In this document: one piece after another, positions 9,812 through 20,508 of the stretch
Numbering within the stretch: position 1 is the first letter of the stretch
Layout: each line of letters opens with the position of its first letter
Position numbers and translations under genes: made by a program
The notes under the pieces: model-generated
Seen by the model: only the letters and a program-made list of their open reading frames with translations
What the model was told of the DNA's origin: nothing
Databases searched by the model: none
From: Parcubacteria group bacterium
Lineage (GTDB): Bacteria > Patescibacteriota > Minisyncoccia > Moranbacterales > UBA11712
DNA: 64,000 nt
Assembly (NCBI GenBank): GCA_041659065.1
Contig: JBAZYY010000001.1
Location: 274,228 to 338,227 of the forward strand
Reading direction: 5' to 3'

Positions 9812-10921
9812 CTAATTCGCCAATTGCGCGTCAATCGACTGCTTTAGCTCTTCATAGCTCACTACGCCGCCAAAGAATTGATCATTGACGAAGAATGAAG
9901 GAGTTCCGGAAATCCCGAATTCCTGAGCTTGAGCTTGGTCCGCGGCAATCTGATCTTTGTATTTAGACTCATCCATGCATTGGTTGAATTTAGCTGTGTT
10001 TAATCCCAATTGCGCGGCATATGTCTTGAATTTTGCTGTCCCATCAGTATTGCCCCAATCAGCTTGGGTTGCGTATAGTTTATCTGACATTTCCCAAAAC
10101 TTACCCTGTTCTTGAGCACATTCACCAGCCATTGCTGCATTCATCGCTTGCTTATGGAAGTCCAGCGGAACGTGCTTAAACACGAAAAGCACCCGATCTT
10201 TATATTCGTTTATTGCTTGCTTGTAAGTGTCATAAAAAGTTTTACAGTACGGGCATTGAAAATCGCTGAATAGGACCACCTTTACTTTAGCGTCTTTCGG
10301 GCCAACTTGGGCATCGTCATCGGATACTGTCGGAGTTTCCAGAAATTTACCTGATTTTATTCCAACTTGTTCGGTATCCATAAGATATCCATCGCCAACT
10401 TTTGTGAAAATTCCTTGAGCTTGAGCGTAGACATCCGTCTTGGTGACATTTTCGTCGAACACAAAAGCCGGAATGCTTTTTACTTTGAACTCTGAAAGCA
10501 TCGCCTGCCCCTCAGGGGAATCCACTTCAACTTTGCTAGCAAGCAGCGTCGGAACCACTCTCTTTAGCCATTTTAATGGTTCGGTTGGATCACATTCCGC
10601 GCATTTGCTGTCTGTAAGAACTCTAACATTCACGACAGGTTCATTGTAGGCAACCCAGGTTTTCCCCTCAAAAGGGACAACATCAACATTTTTTAAAGCT
10701 CGCGGTGAAAAACCTTGCTTGCTGAAAAATTGAGCAACGTCCACGAAAATGCTGCCCAGAAGAAGTCCGGCTAACAAAATAATGATGGAGACGTAATTTT
10801 TCATCCTCTTTTTGTAATCTTTTTTGGGCTCATCGGTCCCATGTTCTTTTTTTTCATTCACTTCCGTGTCCGGCTGTGAATTTTCTTTTTCCTCCTTGAT
10901 ACTTGTGTCTTTTTCTTCCAT
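9812..10921 (-). CDS. DsbA-family thiol:disulfide oxidoreductase (membrane-anchored, two thioredoxin-like domains)
   Basis: Has an N-terminal TM segment, a CAEC motif and a canonical FQCPYCKTFY thioredoxin motif. Confidence 0.75.
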   Translation of the reverse strand: MEEKDTSIKEEKENSQPDTEVNEKKEHGTDEPKKDYKKRMKNYVSIIILLAGLLLGSIFVDVAQFFSKQGFSPRALKNVDVVPFEGKTWVAYNEPVVNVRVLTDSKCAECDPTEPLKWLKRVVPTLLASKVEVDSPEGQAMLSEFKVKSIPAFVFDENVTKTDVYAQAQGIFTKVGDGYLMDTEQVGIKSGKFLETPTVSDDDAQVGPKDAKVKVVLFSDFQCPYCKTFYDTYKQAINEYKDRVLFVFKHVPLDFHKQAMNAAMAGECAQEQGKFWEMSDKLYATQADWGNTDGTAKFKTYAAQLGLNTAKFNQCMDESKYKDQIAADQAQAQEFGISGTPSFFVNDQFFGGVVSYEELKQSIDAQLAN

Positions 10922-10951
10922 TTAATTAAAATAAAACTAATTACGTTTAGT

Positions 10952-11269
10952 CTACTGAGCAACGGGTGTCGGCACCTCGCCCGTGCTTTCCGGCTGGGTT
11001 TGCACATCCCCGTTTGTCGGTGGTTGCTGGCTGTCACCGCTGTCGTTAACGCTCTGAGCTGGAGCGGGCGTTTTCTCCATCAGATTAAACCCTTGCTTCA
11101 TCTGTGAAGCCGTATAGTCATCATAGCCGATAGTTATTCTTTTCTTTGCTTCGGTTTTAACCGCGACCCCGATTAAAAATCCGAGGATAAGAATCAGCAA
11201 AGAGTTGACTAAATTCTCCGTAATTCTAAACTTTTTCCACAAATTAGGCTTTTCTTTATTTGTATCCAT
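10952..11269 (-). CDS. small membrane protein, hypothetical
   Basis: One TM helix followed by a disordered Pro/Gln/Thr-rich tail. Confidence 0.5.
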   Translation of the reverse strand: MDTNKEKPNLWKKFRITENLVNSLLILILGFLIGVAVKTEAKKRITIGYDDYTASQMKQGFNLMEKTPAPAQSVNDSGDSQQPPTNGDVQTQPESTGEVPTPVAQ

Positions 11270-11350
11270 GAGCTTGTTTTTTTAATTACTTGTTTATAGA
11301 TTTTTTATGCACGCCCAGTCTAGCAAACCGCTGAAATTTAGGCAAGCGGA

Positions 11351-11806
11351 TTATTGCCTGATGGAGTCATTAACGCTAATCATATTTTTGTCGCAAAAAC
11401 CTTCTGGAACTTCAAGCACCGAACTGGAGGGCGCGGGTGAAGTGAAAATCCTGTCATCCTGAGGTGAGATGTTTTTTTCACATCCCGTCACCTTATCCTG
11501 CGAAATCCAAATGATATCGATGGAAAATTGCATGCCTTTCATCCAGAATTTCTGATAATCCGAATTCGGCATCAAAAACAGCATCCCTCTCCCAGGCGAA
11601 ATACTCGCGCGCCCGGCAAGGCCTTTTTCTATTTTTTCCTTTGAGTTGACTACCTCAACTTTCACCGGTACGTTTTTGACGTAAATATTTTTTATGGGAT
11701 TACCGTCACTAGAGTATATCTCAGAACGAATGTAATTCATGGCTATAAAAATAAGAACCACGATGATAGCAATTATAAAAATCACGAGGCCCGTTTTTTT
11801 ATTCAT
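11351..11806 (-). CDS. DUF192 domain protein
   Basis: Signal/TM segment, then the GRGMLFLMP...IDIIWIS...VLEVPEGF pattern typical of DUF192. Confidence 0.65.
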   Translation of the reverse strand: MNKKTGLVIFIIAIIVVLIFIAMNYIRSEIYSSDGNPIKNIYVKNVPVKVEVVNSKEKIEKGLAGRASISPGRGMLFLMPNSDYQKFWMKGMQFSIDIIWISQDKVTGCEKNISPQDDRIFTSPAPSSSVLEVPEGFCDKNMISVNDSIRQ

Positions 11807-12774
11807 ATGTTTTCGATCTTAGCCTTTAGTTTGCTAATTGTAAAAAAATACAAAAATGAAAAAATAACCATGAGGAATATTTTCCCGCTTGCGGACAGCG
11901 CTAAAGATGCCGCGCCTATCAATAAAGTCAAAAAACATAAAAATAATACGACCTTAACTTCGCCTATCCCGAATTTTAGCAACTTGAAGTGAAGATGTCG
12001 ATCATCTTTTGAAAAGATGGATTGTCCCTCGCGATACCGCTCCAGAATCACCCAAATAAAATCAAGAACCGGAATCAGAACGGCTATCAAGGTCGTTGCA
12101 ATTTTCGCTCCGGCAAAAATCGACAGGGCGGCAAGCGCAAAACCAAAAAACCACGCACCAGACGTTCCTGCAAAAATCCTGGCAGGCGAAAAATTAAAAA
12201 TTAGAAATGCCAGAATAGTTCCACCCAGAATTGAGCATAAAATGGCCACGGCAGGCTGATTCACTTCAGGCTTGAAACTCAGCAGAAATATCACCACAAG
12301 AGCTACGAACGCGACTCCCCCGCTTAATCCGTCAACGCCATCAAGCCAGTTCAGAGAATTTATAAAAACCAAAAAGTATGCAGTAAAGAGCGCGAAGTAG
12401 ATTATGGGATTTCCCAGATTTATCAGCCCGCCTAGAGGACCGGCGATATATCCACTTCGAACACCGAAAAATATGACCGTCACAGCTATTATTATTTGGA
12501 ACAACAGCTGCCACTTCCAATTCAAATTTTTTAGATCGTCCCAGAGCCCAAAAATAAATATTAATGCGCCCCCGATAATTATTCCCCAAATTGGCCCTGT
12601 AATGACCAGATTTTTATCCGCCAAGACAAAGGCTATAAATACCAAGATAATAACCAAGCCTCCGAATCGTTTGATCGCAGAATAGTTATACTTTTTTTTG
12701 AGCCATATCAAAAAATAAATCGTCACAACCGTAGTCCCCAGCGAATATAAGAAAGGCAAAAGAAATTTTGTCAT
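11803..12774 (-). CDS. MraY/WecA-family polyprenol-phosphate glycosyl-1-phosphate transferase
   Basis: Contains NSLNWLDGVDGLSGG (the NxxNxxDGxDGL motif) and about 10 TM segments. At 323 aa with a DGVDGLSGG motif it is WecA/TagO-like. Confidence 0.75.
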   Translation of the reverse strand: MTKFLLPFLYSLGTTVVTIYFLIWLKKKYNYSAIKRFGGLVIILVFIAFVLADKNLVITGPIWGIIIGGALIFIFGLWDDLKNLNWKWQLLFQIIIAVTVIFFGVRSGYIAGPLGGLINLGNPIIYFALFTAYFLVFINSLNWLDGVDGLSGGVAFVALVVIFLLSFKPEVNQPAVAILCSILGGTILAFLIFNFSPARIFAGTSGAWFFGFALAALSIFAGAKIATTLIAVLIPVLDFIWVILERYREGQSIFSKDDRHLHFKLLKFGIGEVKVVLFLCFLTLLIGAASLALSASGKIFLMVIFSFLYFFTISKLKAKIENI

Positions 12775-12859
12775 ATTTTATTTTTCCACTCGAGGTTTAT
12801 TCGAGGTGAAACCTCGAATAGGTTTTATTAGATACCAGGCGCTAAATACAAAATACGAG

Positions 12860-14557
12860 CTACTTTTTCCTTACTTTTTCCGTCACCCAGAATTCGCCAA
12901 AATATTTTCCGAGCATGATGCGAGTTTGAGCGTCAATCGCGGGCATGGCTCCCAAAAACGGTGCCGTAATCGGAACTAGAAACCACTGAAGAAACATATA
13001 GATATATTTTTTTCGGGAATATTTAGCCGGACGCGGCGGAAGCAACATTAAACTCAAAAACATGGAAACAATTAATCCAAGAAGAGCGAGATTCATCAAA
13101 TATCTGGTTATATAAGGTAAATTATGTGCAAGCACGCTTTCGTTAAATTTCGGCCCCCCGATAATTACTGGGAGCCACCCCAAAAGAGCAACGATGAAAG
13201 AGTTGGTTGCCCAAGACCAATGACCTTCAAGCATGATATAAAGATGCCGCGCCTTTTTCCAAATCGAAATTTTTTTGTTACCCCAAAAGGCCCTCACGAG
13301 CAGCGGAAAATTTTCGATTCCGTATGCCCAACGCCTTTTCTGCTTATATTGATTGACAATTGTCTTCCAATAGCTCTTCGCGAGTACCGCATCGAGAGAA
13401 ACAGGCAAATAAATCGGCTTCACTTCGTATTTTCCGTCGAAATAATCATAACCTTTCCAAAAAATGACGCTATCTTCCGAAATAACGTTCACCGGCCAAT
13501 AGTTAACATCGATAATCGTCTTCAACGGTTCGGAATGGGAAGAAAAAGTCACCATATGCTCCGGACGCATCGCCTCGACCATATGCCAAAAAGACGAGCC
13601 GGTAACGATAATCCGGACAAAAGCATTCGTATCCCAAATGTTATTGTGATACATCGGGATCGGCTGATACGCGAATTTTAGGCGATTGGGATCCGAGATA
13701 TACTTAAACGTAAGCGCGGAAAAATATTGTGGATGGACGCAAGTGTCGCAATCGAAATTTGAGAGCACCACATTTTCAAAGGATATATCTTTTTCTTCAA
13801 GATATTTTTTGAGCTCCTTGACGGCGTAAGTGGTATTGGATGATTTCATTTTCATTTCTCCCGGCGCTACAACATGCTCCGTCACGATAAAATCAAAAAA
13901 CACATCTTTGAACTTGTCTCTCAGATAATCGACCTTCTCCATTCTTCGTCCTTTTTCTTCCCGCTCTTCGGTAGCCAGCAAAATAATAAACTTTTTATTT
14001 GGAAAAGCCGAATCGGCTACGGATTGTATTGCTGGCTCTATGATTTCAGGCCCTTCGTTAGCCGTCGGCAGCATAACAACATGATAAATATCCGCCCAAT
14101 TCAGCACCTCATTTTTATGCTTCAGAACCAACTTCACTTCCTTCTTGAGATCCTTGACTGACTGCAATTTTCGCTTCAGTGCCTTTTTCTTCTTGGAAAA
14201 AAAACTGCTCCAGGACCCTCGGTATTCTTTCCCGGCCTCGTTCACTTTCTTTTCAATTTTTTCAAGAAACAGCTCTGTCTTCCCGATATTTTCGCAAACT
14301 TCCTGCCAATCTATGCCTTCATACCGGCGCATCTTGCGAAAAGCCAGGATGGAATAAAAGGCTATGTATACCGTTCGATACAGCCAATAAATGTCGAAGG
14401 CGATAATAAAAACCGCCACCCAGACAGGAAATAGGAACGAAAAGACAAACATTCCAATTAAAGTAAACCAGGTTATAAAACCCGGAATTATTTCGAAAAT
14501 TCTCTGAAAAATATGCGCCTTTGAATTTTTTGTGCGCGGGTCAGGATATTGAAACAT
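12860..14557 (-). CDS. family 2 glycosyltransferase, processive synthase-like (QxxRW)
   Basis: Has the QKRRWAYG motif, an N-terminal TM segment and C-terminal TM segments; resembles cellulose/chitin synthase. Confidence 0.7.
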   Translation of the reverse strand: MFQYPDPRTKNSKAHIFQRIFEIIPGFITWFTLIGMFVFSFLFPVWVAVFIIAFDIYWLYRTVYIAFYSILAFRKMRRYEGIDWQEVCENIGKTELFLEKIEKKVNEAGKEYRGSWSSFFSKKKKALKRKLQSVKDLKKEVKLVLKHKNEVLNWADIYHVVMLPTANEGPEIIEPAIQSVADSAFPNKKFIILLATEEREEKGRRMEKVDYLRDKFKDVFFDFIVTEHVVAPGEMKMKSSNTTYAVKELKKYLEEKDISFENVVLSNFDCDTCVHPQYFSALTFKYISDPNRLKFAYQPIPMYHNNIWDTNAFVRIIVTGSSFWHMVEAMRPEHMVTFSSHSEPLKTIIDVNYWPVNVISEDSVIFWKGYDYFDGKYEVKPIYLPVSLDAVLAKSYWKTIVNQYKQKRRWAYGIENFPLLVRAFWGNKKISIWKKARHLYIMLEGHWSWATNSFIVALLGWLPVIIGGPKFNESVLAHNLPYITRYLMNLALLGLIVSMFLSLMLLPPRPAKYSRKKYIYMFLQWFLVPITAPFLGAMPAIDAQTRIMLGKYFGEFWVTEKVRKK

Positions 14558-14558
14558 C

Positions 14559-14954
14559 TTAGAAGTTTATGATTATCACGCTAATAATTCCGATCACCAT
14601 CAGCAACTGCAAAATAAGAGCCGACGCAGAAAACAAATATGCCAGAAGACGCTCTTTGTAATAAAAAAAACGGGAGAGCACCAAATTAATAAGTAGGAGC
14701 GCCAGGGCCAATCCGGGCATAAAAAAAACATTTTTCCAACTTCCGATAGCATCCACTCCGAAATAAATGTTGTAGTGCAAGATAATGTCTCTATCTGTGG
14801 GCTCAATAGTAATAAAAAGAGCCACCCATAGGGCAATGTTTACTATGACTGCAGGAACGATCGAAAAAAAGACAACCGGATCAGACCAGAATCCATGCCA
14901 AAAAAACCTTCTCAATCGATCTCGAATTTGACTCCACCAGCCGTTTGTTTCCAT
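14559..14954 (-). CDS. small integral membrane protein
   Basis: Three or four TM helices; 2-nt gap from the GT2 gene. Confidence 0.5.
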   Translation of the reverse strand: METNGWWSQIRDRLRRFFWHGFWSDPVVFFSIVPAVIVNIALWVALFITIEPTDRDIILHYNIYFGVDAIGSWKNVFFMPGLALALLLINLVLSRFFYYKERLLAYLFSASALILQLLMVIGIISVIIINF

Positions 14955-14982
14955 GCAATTAAAATAAAATTAATAGGGTGGG

Positions 14983-16065
14983 TTAAATCTTGACTTCGCC
15001 TTTCTCTATTAGCTTTGATTCCTCAGGCTCATCGAGCTCCTTGGCTTTGGATTTTTCAAGCCTATTCTCAAAGCGATCCAATCTTTTTTCGGTGTCGGAA
15101 TATTTTTTTGCCGCGTTGTTTAAATGGCTTCCAAGCAGCACAAAATCACTCCTTACTTTCCCGAATTCAATCTCGAGCCGCTTTAAATTTTCCAAAATTA
15201 CCTTGGCATTTTCTTCAATCTGGAGCCCTTTGAGTCCCTTACTGATAGTTCCAAGATAAGCGTAGAACGAGTTTGGGGAAACCGGTATCACTTTTTTTTC
15301 AAAAGCATAATCAAATATGTTAATGTTCCCGAAATTATGACTTATTATTTCGTAGTAAACATTTTCTGCCGGAATGTACATTAACGCAAAATCCATAGTG
15401 CCTTCGTCCGGCAGTATGTATTTCTGTGAAATGGAGTTTATGTGCTTCTTTACATCCATGGCAAACTGTTTTTTCAAGCCTTTCTTTTCTTCTTCATCTT
15501 GAGATTCAGTCGCTTTTTTGAAATTTTCGAGTGGAAACTTCGAATCAACCGAGATCAGATAGTTTTGTAGCCGGATAACCGCGTCAACTTTTTCCCCGCT
15601 CTTGAAAGAGTGTTGGGACTCGAAGTGGTCTCGCGGGAGCATTTGGCTCAACAGCTTATCAAGCCAAATCTCTCCCATAACCCCTCTTACTTTTGGCGCC
15701 CGTAATATTTCATGAAGGCTGGATATATCCTTCCCGACTTCATGCACCCGTTTTACTTCTCCCTGGAGATGGGCCAGCTGCTTCTGGACCTCACCATAGG
15801 AACGGGCGGCATTGTCCAGCCTATTAGTGTTTTCCCCGAGCCGCTGATCGACGCTTTTTTGGATCGTACCGAGATTTTGAGAAAAATTTTGCGAAAGAAT
15901 CTGAATCTGGTTGCTTATGTTGCTTACAATATCACTGCCGTTGGTTTTTGCTTCCTGCTCCCTTTTCCGAAAATCCTCCAATTTATTCCTCATATTTAAA
16001 ATTAACCCGGCCAGCGCCAGGATAAAGATAACCAAAATACCGACAGAAATGTAGGATATTAGCAT
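14983..16065 (-). CDS. rmuC: DNA recombination protein RmuC
   Basis: N-terminal TM segment, coiled coil, and the conserved FALMYIPAENVYYE region. Confidence 0.75.
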   Translation of the reverse strand: MLISYISVGILVIFILALAGLILNMRNKLEDFRKREQEAKTNGSDIVSNISNQIQILSQNFSQNLGTIQKSVDQRLGENTNRLDNAARSYGEVQKQLAHLQGEVKRVHEVGKDISSLHEILRAPKVRGVMGEIWLDKLLSQMLPRDHFESQHSFKSGEKVDAVIRLQNYLISVDSKFPLENFKKATESQDEEEKKGLKKQFAMDVKKHINSISQKYILPDEGTMDFALMYIPAENVYYEIISHNFGNINIFDYAFEKKVIPVSPNSFYAYLGTISKGLKGLQIEENAKVILENLKRLEIEFGKVRSDFVLLGSHLNNAAKKYSDTEKRLDRFENRLEKSKAKELDEPEESKLIEKGEVKI

Positions 16066-16095
16066 AATTATTTCTATTTATTTCCTCAGGCAGAT

Positions 16096-16698
16096 CTATT
16101 TTTTGCGTTGATTCACGATTTGCTTCAAATTCGGAATCTTATTTATGATCTCCTCATAAGGCGCCTCCAAAAACTCCATCACGAACTTGTCCAACATGTC
16201 GGTCCGATACTTAAACTCCGTCGAATTCATTATTGAATAGTTTATTTCTTTTCCAACCTCAGCTTCGAGATTTTCCAAAAGGTGCTTTAATTTGGCACGG
16301 CTCAATTCATCGCCGACAATAAAAATGTCTGTGCGGCTTTTGGGAAAATTCAAAAAAACCCCGGAGATTAACGCTAGCTTAACTTTACCCAAGCTGTTGA
16401 TGCGGTTCAGACTTCGGCATTCCGGCAATGTATTGGATTTGATGACGAGACTTTTGAGCTCAGGATAGAAGACAAAATCTTCATTAGTCCTGAAATATTT
16501 TTTCCCTTTTTTTATTTTTTGCGTAACCAGCTTCATTTTTTCGAATCGCGCCATTTCTCTTGCGACTTGCGCCGAAACCAACTTATTTTTTCTGACCACC
16601 ACATCCTGGGAATACTCATGCTTGTCATTCAACATAAAAAATTTCAAGAGCCTCGCCCTCACCTTTGAATCGAATAACTGGGAAAATATCTCCGACAT
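16096..16698 (-). CDS. hypothetical protein (possible N-terminal wHTH)
   Basis: Open reading frame only; N-terminus has a helix-turn-helix-like RLLKFFMLN...AQVAREM stretch. Confidence 0.4.
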   Translation of the reverse strand: MSEIFSQLFDSKVRARLLKFFMLNDKHEYSQDVVVRKNKLVSAQVAREMARFEKMKLVTQKIKKGKKYFRTNEDFVFYPELKSLVIKSNTLPECRSLNRINSLGKVKLALISGVFLNFPKSRTDIFIVGDELSRAKLKHLLENLEAEVGKEINYSIMNSTEFKYRTDMLDKFVMEFLEAPYEEIINKIPNLKQIVNQRKK

Positions 16699-16768
16699 AT
16701 TTGAAAACCAGCTTAAAAATTACTTTTTTACACCCTATAGTATAAAACCTGGCTGAAAAAATGTCCAA

Positions 16769-16797
16769 TTGTAAATTTCCGTTTATTATTCTACAAT
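16769..16797 (+). promoter_or_regulatory. sigma70-like promoter TTGTAA-17-TACAAT for the 16799 gene
   Basis: TTGTAA at 16769-16774 and TACAAT at 16792-16797 with a 17-nt spacer, in a divergent intergenic region. Confidence 0.4.
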
Positions 16798-16798
16798 A

Positions 16799-18877
16799 GT
16801 GACCAATAAGACATTTATGCCCATTTCACACAGAAAAAAAGCCATATCCTATCCCAGAGCCGTCTTTAGACAGGTATTCATTAGCGAAAAGAGCTCCTTG
16901 GCGCCTTTTGGGGAAGTTTTTGCGTTTTCTCCCGAAAACTATGAGGAGCAAAAATTAGGGCATATTTTCGGAGTCATTAAAATAGATGATCACTCATCGG
17001 ACTCGTCTTATGTCGTGAATCTCCTCACTTCAGTAATAAAAAAAGAGTATTTTTCCAAACCGGACCGGACCGCTGAAGAAAGTTTCGAGGCTAGCCTCCG
17101 AAAAGCGAATTTAGCTCTTGCGGAACTTGCCCGCCACGGAGTCGTCAGCTGGACGGGAAAAGTTAACTTTGCCGCCGGATCGCTAGAGAGAAACAACTTG
17201 CATTTTTCGCAACTTGGGAATACCCACATCTTACTAATCAGAGCCGGACAAATTGCGGATATCGCTGAAGATCTGAATGCCCAAAAAGAGGCTGAGCCAC
17301 ATCCTCTGCGAACATTTTCCAATATCTCAAGCGGAAAACTGGAAAAAAATGACAAGCTGATTTTTACTACGGATGATCTCTTGGAAATATTTTCACCCGA
17401 AGAGATCCGCCAGAACGCAACTTACTTTGACTGGCAAGAATTTCCAAGTTTTATCGAAGCATCCTTAAAAACGAACACGAGCCTTGCTGGAACAATTGTT
17501 ATGGACTTCCGGGAAGAGCTGCCGAAAATTCAAAAAATTACGAAAAAAGTCCCCATGTATGAGCATCTGCAGCCAGCCCTTAAATCGGACGAAGAAATCA
17601 GGATTCAAGAAGAACCCATCCGTGAGAGTATTCCGGCTTTGAATATCGCCGCGCCACCAAGCCCGCAAAATGAATCCCTCTACATAGTTGAAGGCACGGA
17701 AGCGCCCGAGAGAACCAAATATATTAATGTAATTTTATCTTGGCTTAGCAGTAAAACTGTTAAATTAGCTAGTCTCTCGAGAAAATATCTCACTAGGTCA
17801 TTATCTGCTCTGAAAAACATAAAACTGCCCCAAAAAAAATTCCCCTCACGACTTAGCGGGTCTGCCGAAAATATATTTGCCAAGATCAAACTATCGAGAT
17901 CCGACCTGGGAAAAAGAATAAGCGCAAATATTCCGACTGAGAAAAAGCATCTCAAATACGCGAGTATATTTGCAGCCGCTTTATTGATCATAATCCTGGG
18001 AATATTTTCTTTTCAAAAAATTTCCTCGAAAAAATCTGCACCGCCGGCCGAAAACAGCGCATCGGAAACCAGCACGGCCCCCGCTCCCTTGAATGACATC
18101 TCCGTAAAAGAAATAAGCAGCCTGGAGAGCGTGGCCAGCCTTCCGCAAAACGCGAATAACGTTGTTTTGATGAATGATACTCTTTATGCCATAACGGAGC
18201 CGACCTCAATTGTCAAAATCGATCCGGCAAATGGCCAAACTGAAGAGACCAGAAGTACCTTGAATTCCGGAAACTTCTCTTTGCTAGCGGCTATGCCCGA
18301 CCTCAACACCCTCTTTATTCTCACTGAAGATAACAAGATTATCTCTTACACCCCAATAAATAAAAATTTTCAGGATAACCAAATCTCGCTCCCTGAAAAC
18401 TTCAAGGCGGCGGACATGAAAACCTATCTGACTTATCTGTACGTTCTGGACGCATCCGCAAACCAAATCTATCGTTTTCCGCGCGCCGAGGGCGGTTTCA
18501 GTGAAGCCCAAAAATGGTTGAAGAGCGGTCAAGATTTGAGAGGGGCGAATAGATTTGCCATTAATGATGACATATTCACAGCCAACGATATAAACATAAT
18601 CCCTTTTTTGCAGGGTAAAACCGACACATCTATTGATTTCCAAAAGCCCCAGGTGCCACTGCGCATAAACGCTATTTTTACGGCCCCCGGACTTAGCAGT
18701 ATCTACGTGCTCGATAACGCGAATCAAAGAGTAGTCCAATATTCAAAAGACGGTAAAATATCGAATCAATTCTGGAACGACCAGATAAGCGGTTTTGAAA
18801 GCCTCGTTGCGGATGAAAAAAATAGCACGGTTTATCTCGGGAAAGAAAACGAACTTTTGAAATTCTCAATCAACTGA
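16799..18877 (+). CDS. large hypothetical membrane protein (N-terminal PP2C/SpoIIE-like fold?, central TM, C-terminal repeat/beta-rich domain)
   Basis: 692-aa ORF that starts with GTG at 16799 or ATG at 16817. Has a TM helix (IFAAALLIIILGIF) in the middle. The internal minus-strand ORFs look spurious. Confidence 0.55.
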   Translation: MTNKTFMPISHRKKAISYPRAVFRQVFISEKSSLAPFGEVFAFSPENYEEQKLGHIFGVIKIDDHSSDSSYVVNLLTSVIKKEYFSKPDRTAEESFEASLRKANLALAELARHGVVSWTGKVNFAAGSLERNNLHFSQLGNTHILLIRAGQIADIAEDLNAQKEAEPHPLRTFSNISSGKLEKNDKLIFTTDDLLEIFSPEEIRQNATYFDWQEFPSFIEASLKTNTSLAGTIVMDFREELPKIQKITKKVPMYEHLQPALKSDEEIRIQEEPIRESIPALNIAAPPSPQNESLYIVEGTEAPERTKYINVILSWLSSKTVKLASLSRKYLTRSLSALKNIKLPQKKFPSRLSGSAENIFAKIKLSRSDLGKRISANIPTEKKHLKYASIFAAALLIIILGIFSFQKISSKKSAPPAENSASETSTAPAPLNDISVKEISSLESVASLPQNANNVVLMNDTLYAITEPTSIVKIDPANGQTEETRSTLNSGNFSLLAAMPDLNTLFILTEDNKIISYTPINKNFQDNQISLPENFKAADMKTYLTYLYVLDASANQIYRFPRAEGGFSEAQKWLKSGQDLRGANRFAINDDIFTANDINIIPFLQGKTDTSIDFQKPQVPLRINAIFTAPGLSSIYVLDNANQRVVQYSKDGKISNQFWNDQISGFESLVADEKNSTVYLGKENELLKFSIN

Positions 18878-18969
18878 ACCTCCGCTGCATTACAGGAATG
18901 AAAATAGGCCGGCAATTTTGTCGACCTATTTTTTATGTTTTCGCTTCAGTAGCGGGTATTAGCAATATC

Positions 18970-20409
18970 CTAAAATCTATTCCAAAGCATCTGATTTGTC
19001 ACTTCATGATGATAGATGACTTCGGAAATTTTGATTGTGTTCCCCAATTCTTTAGGGCTGCGATTAGCCACCGCGATTTTCGGTAGAAGATATTTTTCTT
19101 TCGTTTCTTTTCCCAGAATATCACCCGTAAAATCGCTGGTCTTGAAAATTTTTATCGAGTCGTTTATGTTGTCCGGAAGAAATCTCATGCGATCCCGCTT
19201 ATCTTTGTCTTTCTTGAGCTTTTTTCCTTCAAAAACGGCTTTAAGAATCGAATAAAAAGCAAGGTATGGATTGGCATCCGGCGCAACGGAGCGAATCTCA
19301 ACGCGAGTCGTCTTTTCATTGCCAATCGGCATTCTAATCATTGATCCCCTGTCCTCAAAAGAGGCTTTTATCTGGTTAGGAGCTTCATATTTGGGATCCA
19401 AGCGGCGATAGGCATTAACGCTCGGATTGAATATCAGACATAACTCCGGCGCATGGTTTAGTAGCTTGGATATGGCATCCCAGGCCAAGCTGGAAATACT
19501 GTTTTTGCTTTTTTTATCAAAAAAAACATTTTTATCTTTGGCGCTTAAAGAAAAATTGAGATGCATCCCGCTCCCATTAATTTGAACAGTCGGCTTAGGC
19601 AGGAACGTTGCCGTCATTTCGAGGTTATTGGCAACTTGCCGGCAAACCAATTTGTACAGCTGAATCTGATCGCAAATTCTCAATACTTCGCCATAGGAAA
19701 AGTTAAGTTCAAACTGGGACGGAGCAACCTCTGGATGGTCTTTTTCATTTTTGAATCCCATCGCTCGTTGAGCCTCTGCCACTTTATCAATAAATATTTT
19801 TAGCCTGCCCAGGGGCAGCGAGTGGTAATAGCCTCCGCTCGAAATTAGCTTGAAACGATTCGCTTCGCTGTATTTTTGTTCGGCCTGCCGCCCATCCACC
19901 AAAAAACCTTCCACTTCAGCCGAAGCATTAACAGTTATCCCCTCTTTCTTCTTCAGCCCGGCTGCATACCGCCAAAGTCGCCCTCTAAAGTCCGAGGGAT
20001 ATAATTCCCGACCGCGGTCTTCAACAAAAGCAAAGAGGATTACCTTGCCGGGGCCGAAGACATCGGACGGCAGCCAACGAATGCTGGTCCAATCAATTTC
20101 GAGGCGCAGATCAGACTCTTGTTGCGTGCTGAAACCGCGGATAGACGACCCATCGAAGGTGAGATTTGCTGCTGATTCCAGCAAAAAGTTTTTGTCGTAA
20201 TCAAGGATATGGAGCCGGCCCTCGATGTCGGAAAAACAAACCGTCACGGCCTTAATTCTTTTTTCTTTTTTTAGATATTCCCTATATTCTTTTTCTAATT
20301 GCTCGGGAGTTTCTTTGCGTGCCTTTTCAGCCGCCTTAAGATTCATTTCTTCAAGCTGGTCGTAGGGAATCTCCAAGAAATTTCTTAAATTTTGATTGTT
20401 TTCTTCCAT
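18970..20409 (-). CDS. glnA: glutamine synthetase family protein (GlnA-like)
   Basis: Contains the NGSGMHLNFSL ATP-binding signature at about 470 aa. Confidence 0.75.
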   Translation of the reverse strand: MEENNQNLRNFLEIPYDQLEEMNLKAAEKARKETPEQLEKEYREYLKKEKRIKAVTVCFSDIEGRLHILDYDKNFLLESAANLTFDGSSIRGFSTQQESDLRLEIDWTSIRWLPSDVFGPGKVILFAFVEDRGRELYPSDFRGRLWRYAAGLKKKEGITVNASAEVEGFLVDGRQAEQKYSEANRFKLISSGGYYHSLPLGRLKIFIDKVAEAQRAMGFKNEKDHPEVAPSQFELNFSYGEVLRICDQIQLYKLVCRQVANNLEMTATFLPKPTVQINGSGMHLNFSLSAKDKNVFFDKKSKNSISSLAWDAISKLLNHAPELCLIFNPSVNAYRRLDPKYEAPNQIKASFEDRGSMIRMPIGNEKTTRVEIRSVAPDANPYLAFYSILKAVFEGKKLKKDKDKRDRMRFLPDNINDSIKIFKTSDFTGDILGKETKEKYLLPKIAVANRSPKELGNTIKISEVIYHHEVTNQMLWNRF

Positions 20410-20508
20410 GGCTTAAGTTTTTTAAATATTTAATATTGTTTTTGATAATTCTGGCAGGGCTGACGTTGTCTTCCCTGCCCCCTGGCACTGTTTTGCCAGG
20501 TATAATAG

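Noticed and set aside
12791-12819. Stem-loop CGAGGTTTATTCGAGG-TGAAA-CCTCGAAT between the GT2 and MraY-like genes as a terminator
   Set aside because: The hairpin is real (8-bp stem). The U-run is on the plus strand, where there is no gene, and the minus-strand transcript has no U-tract after it. It may be a processing or protein-binding site but is not a supported intrinsic terminator.
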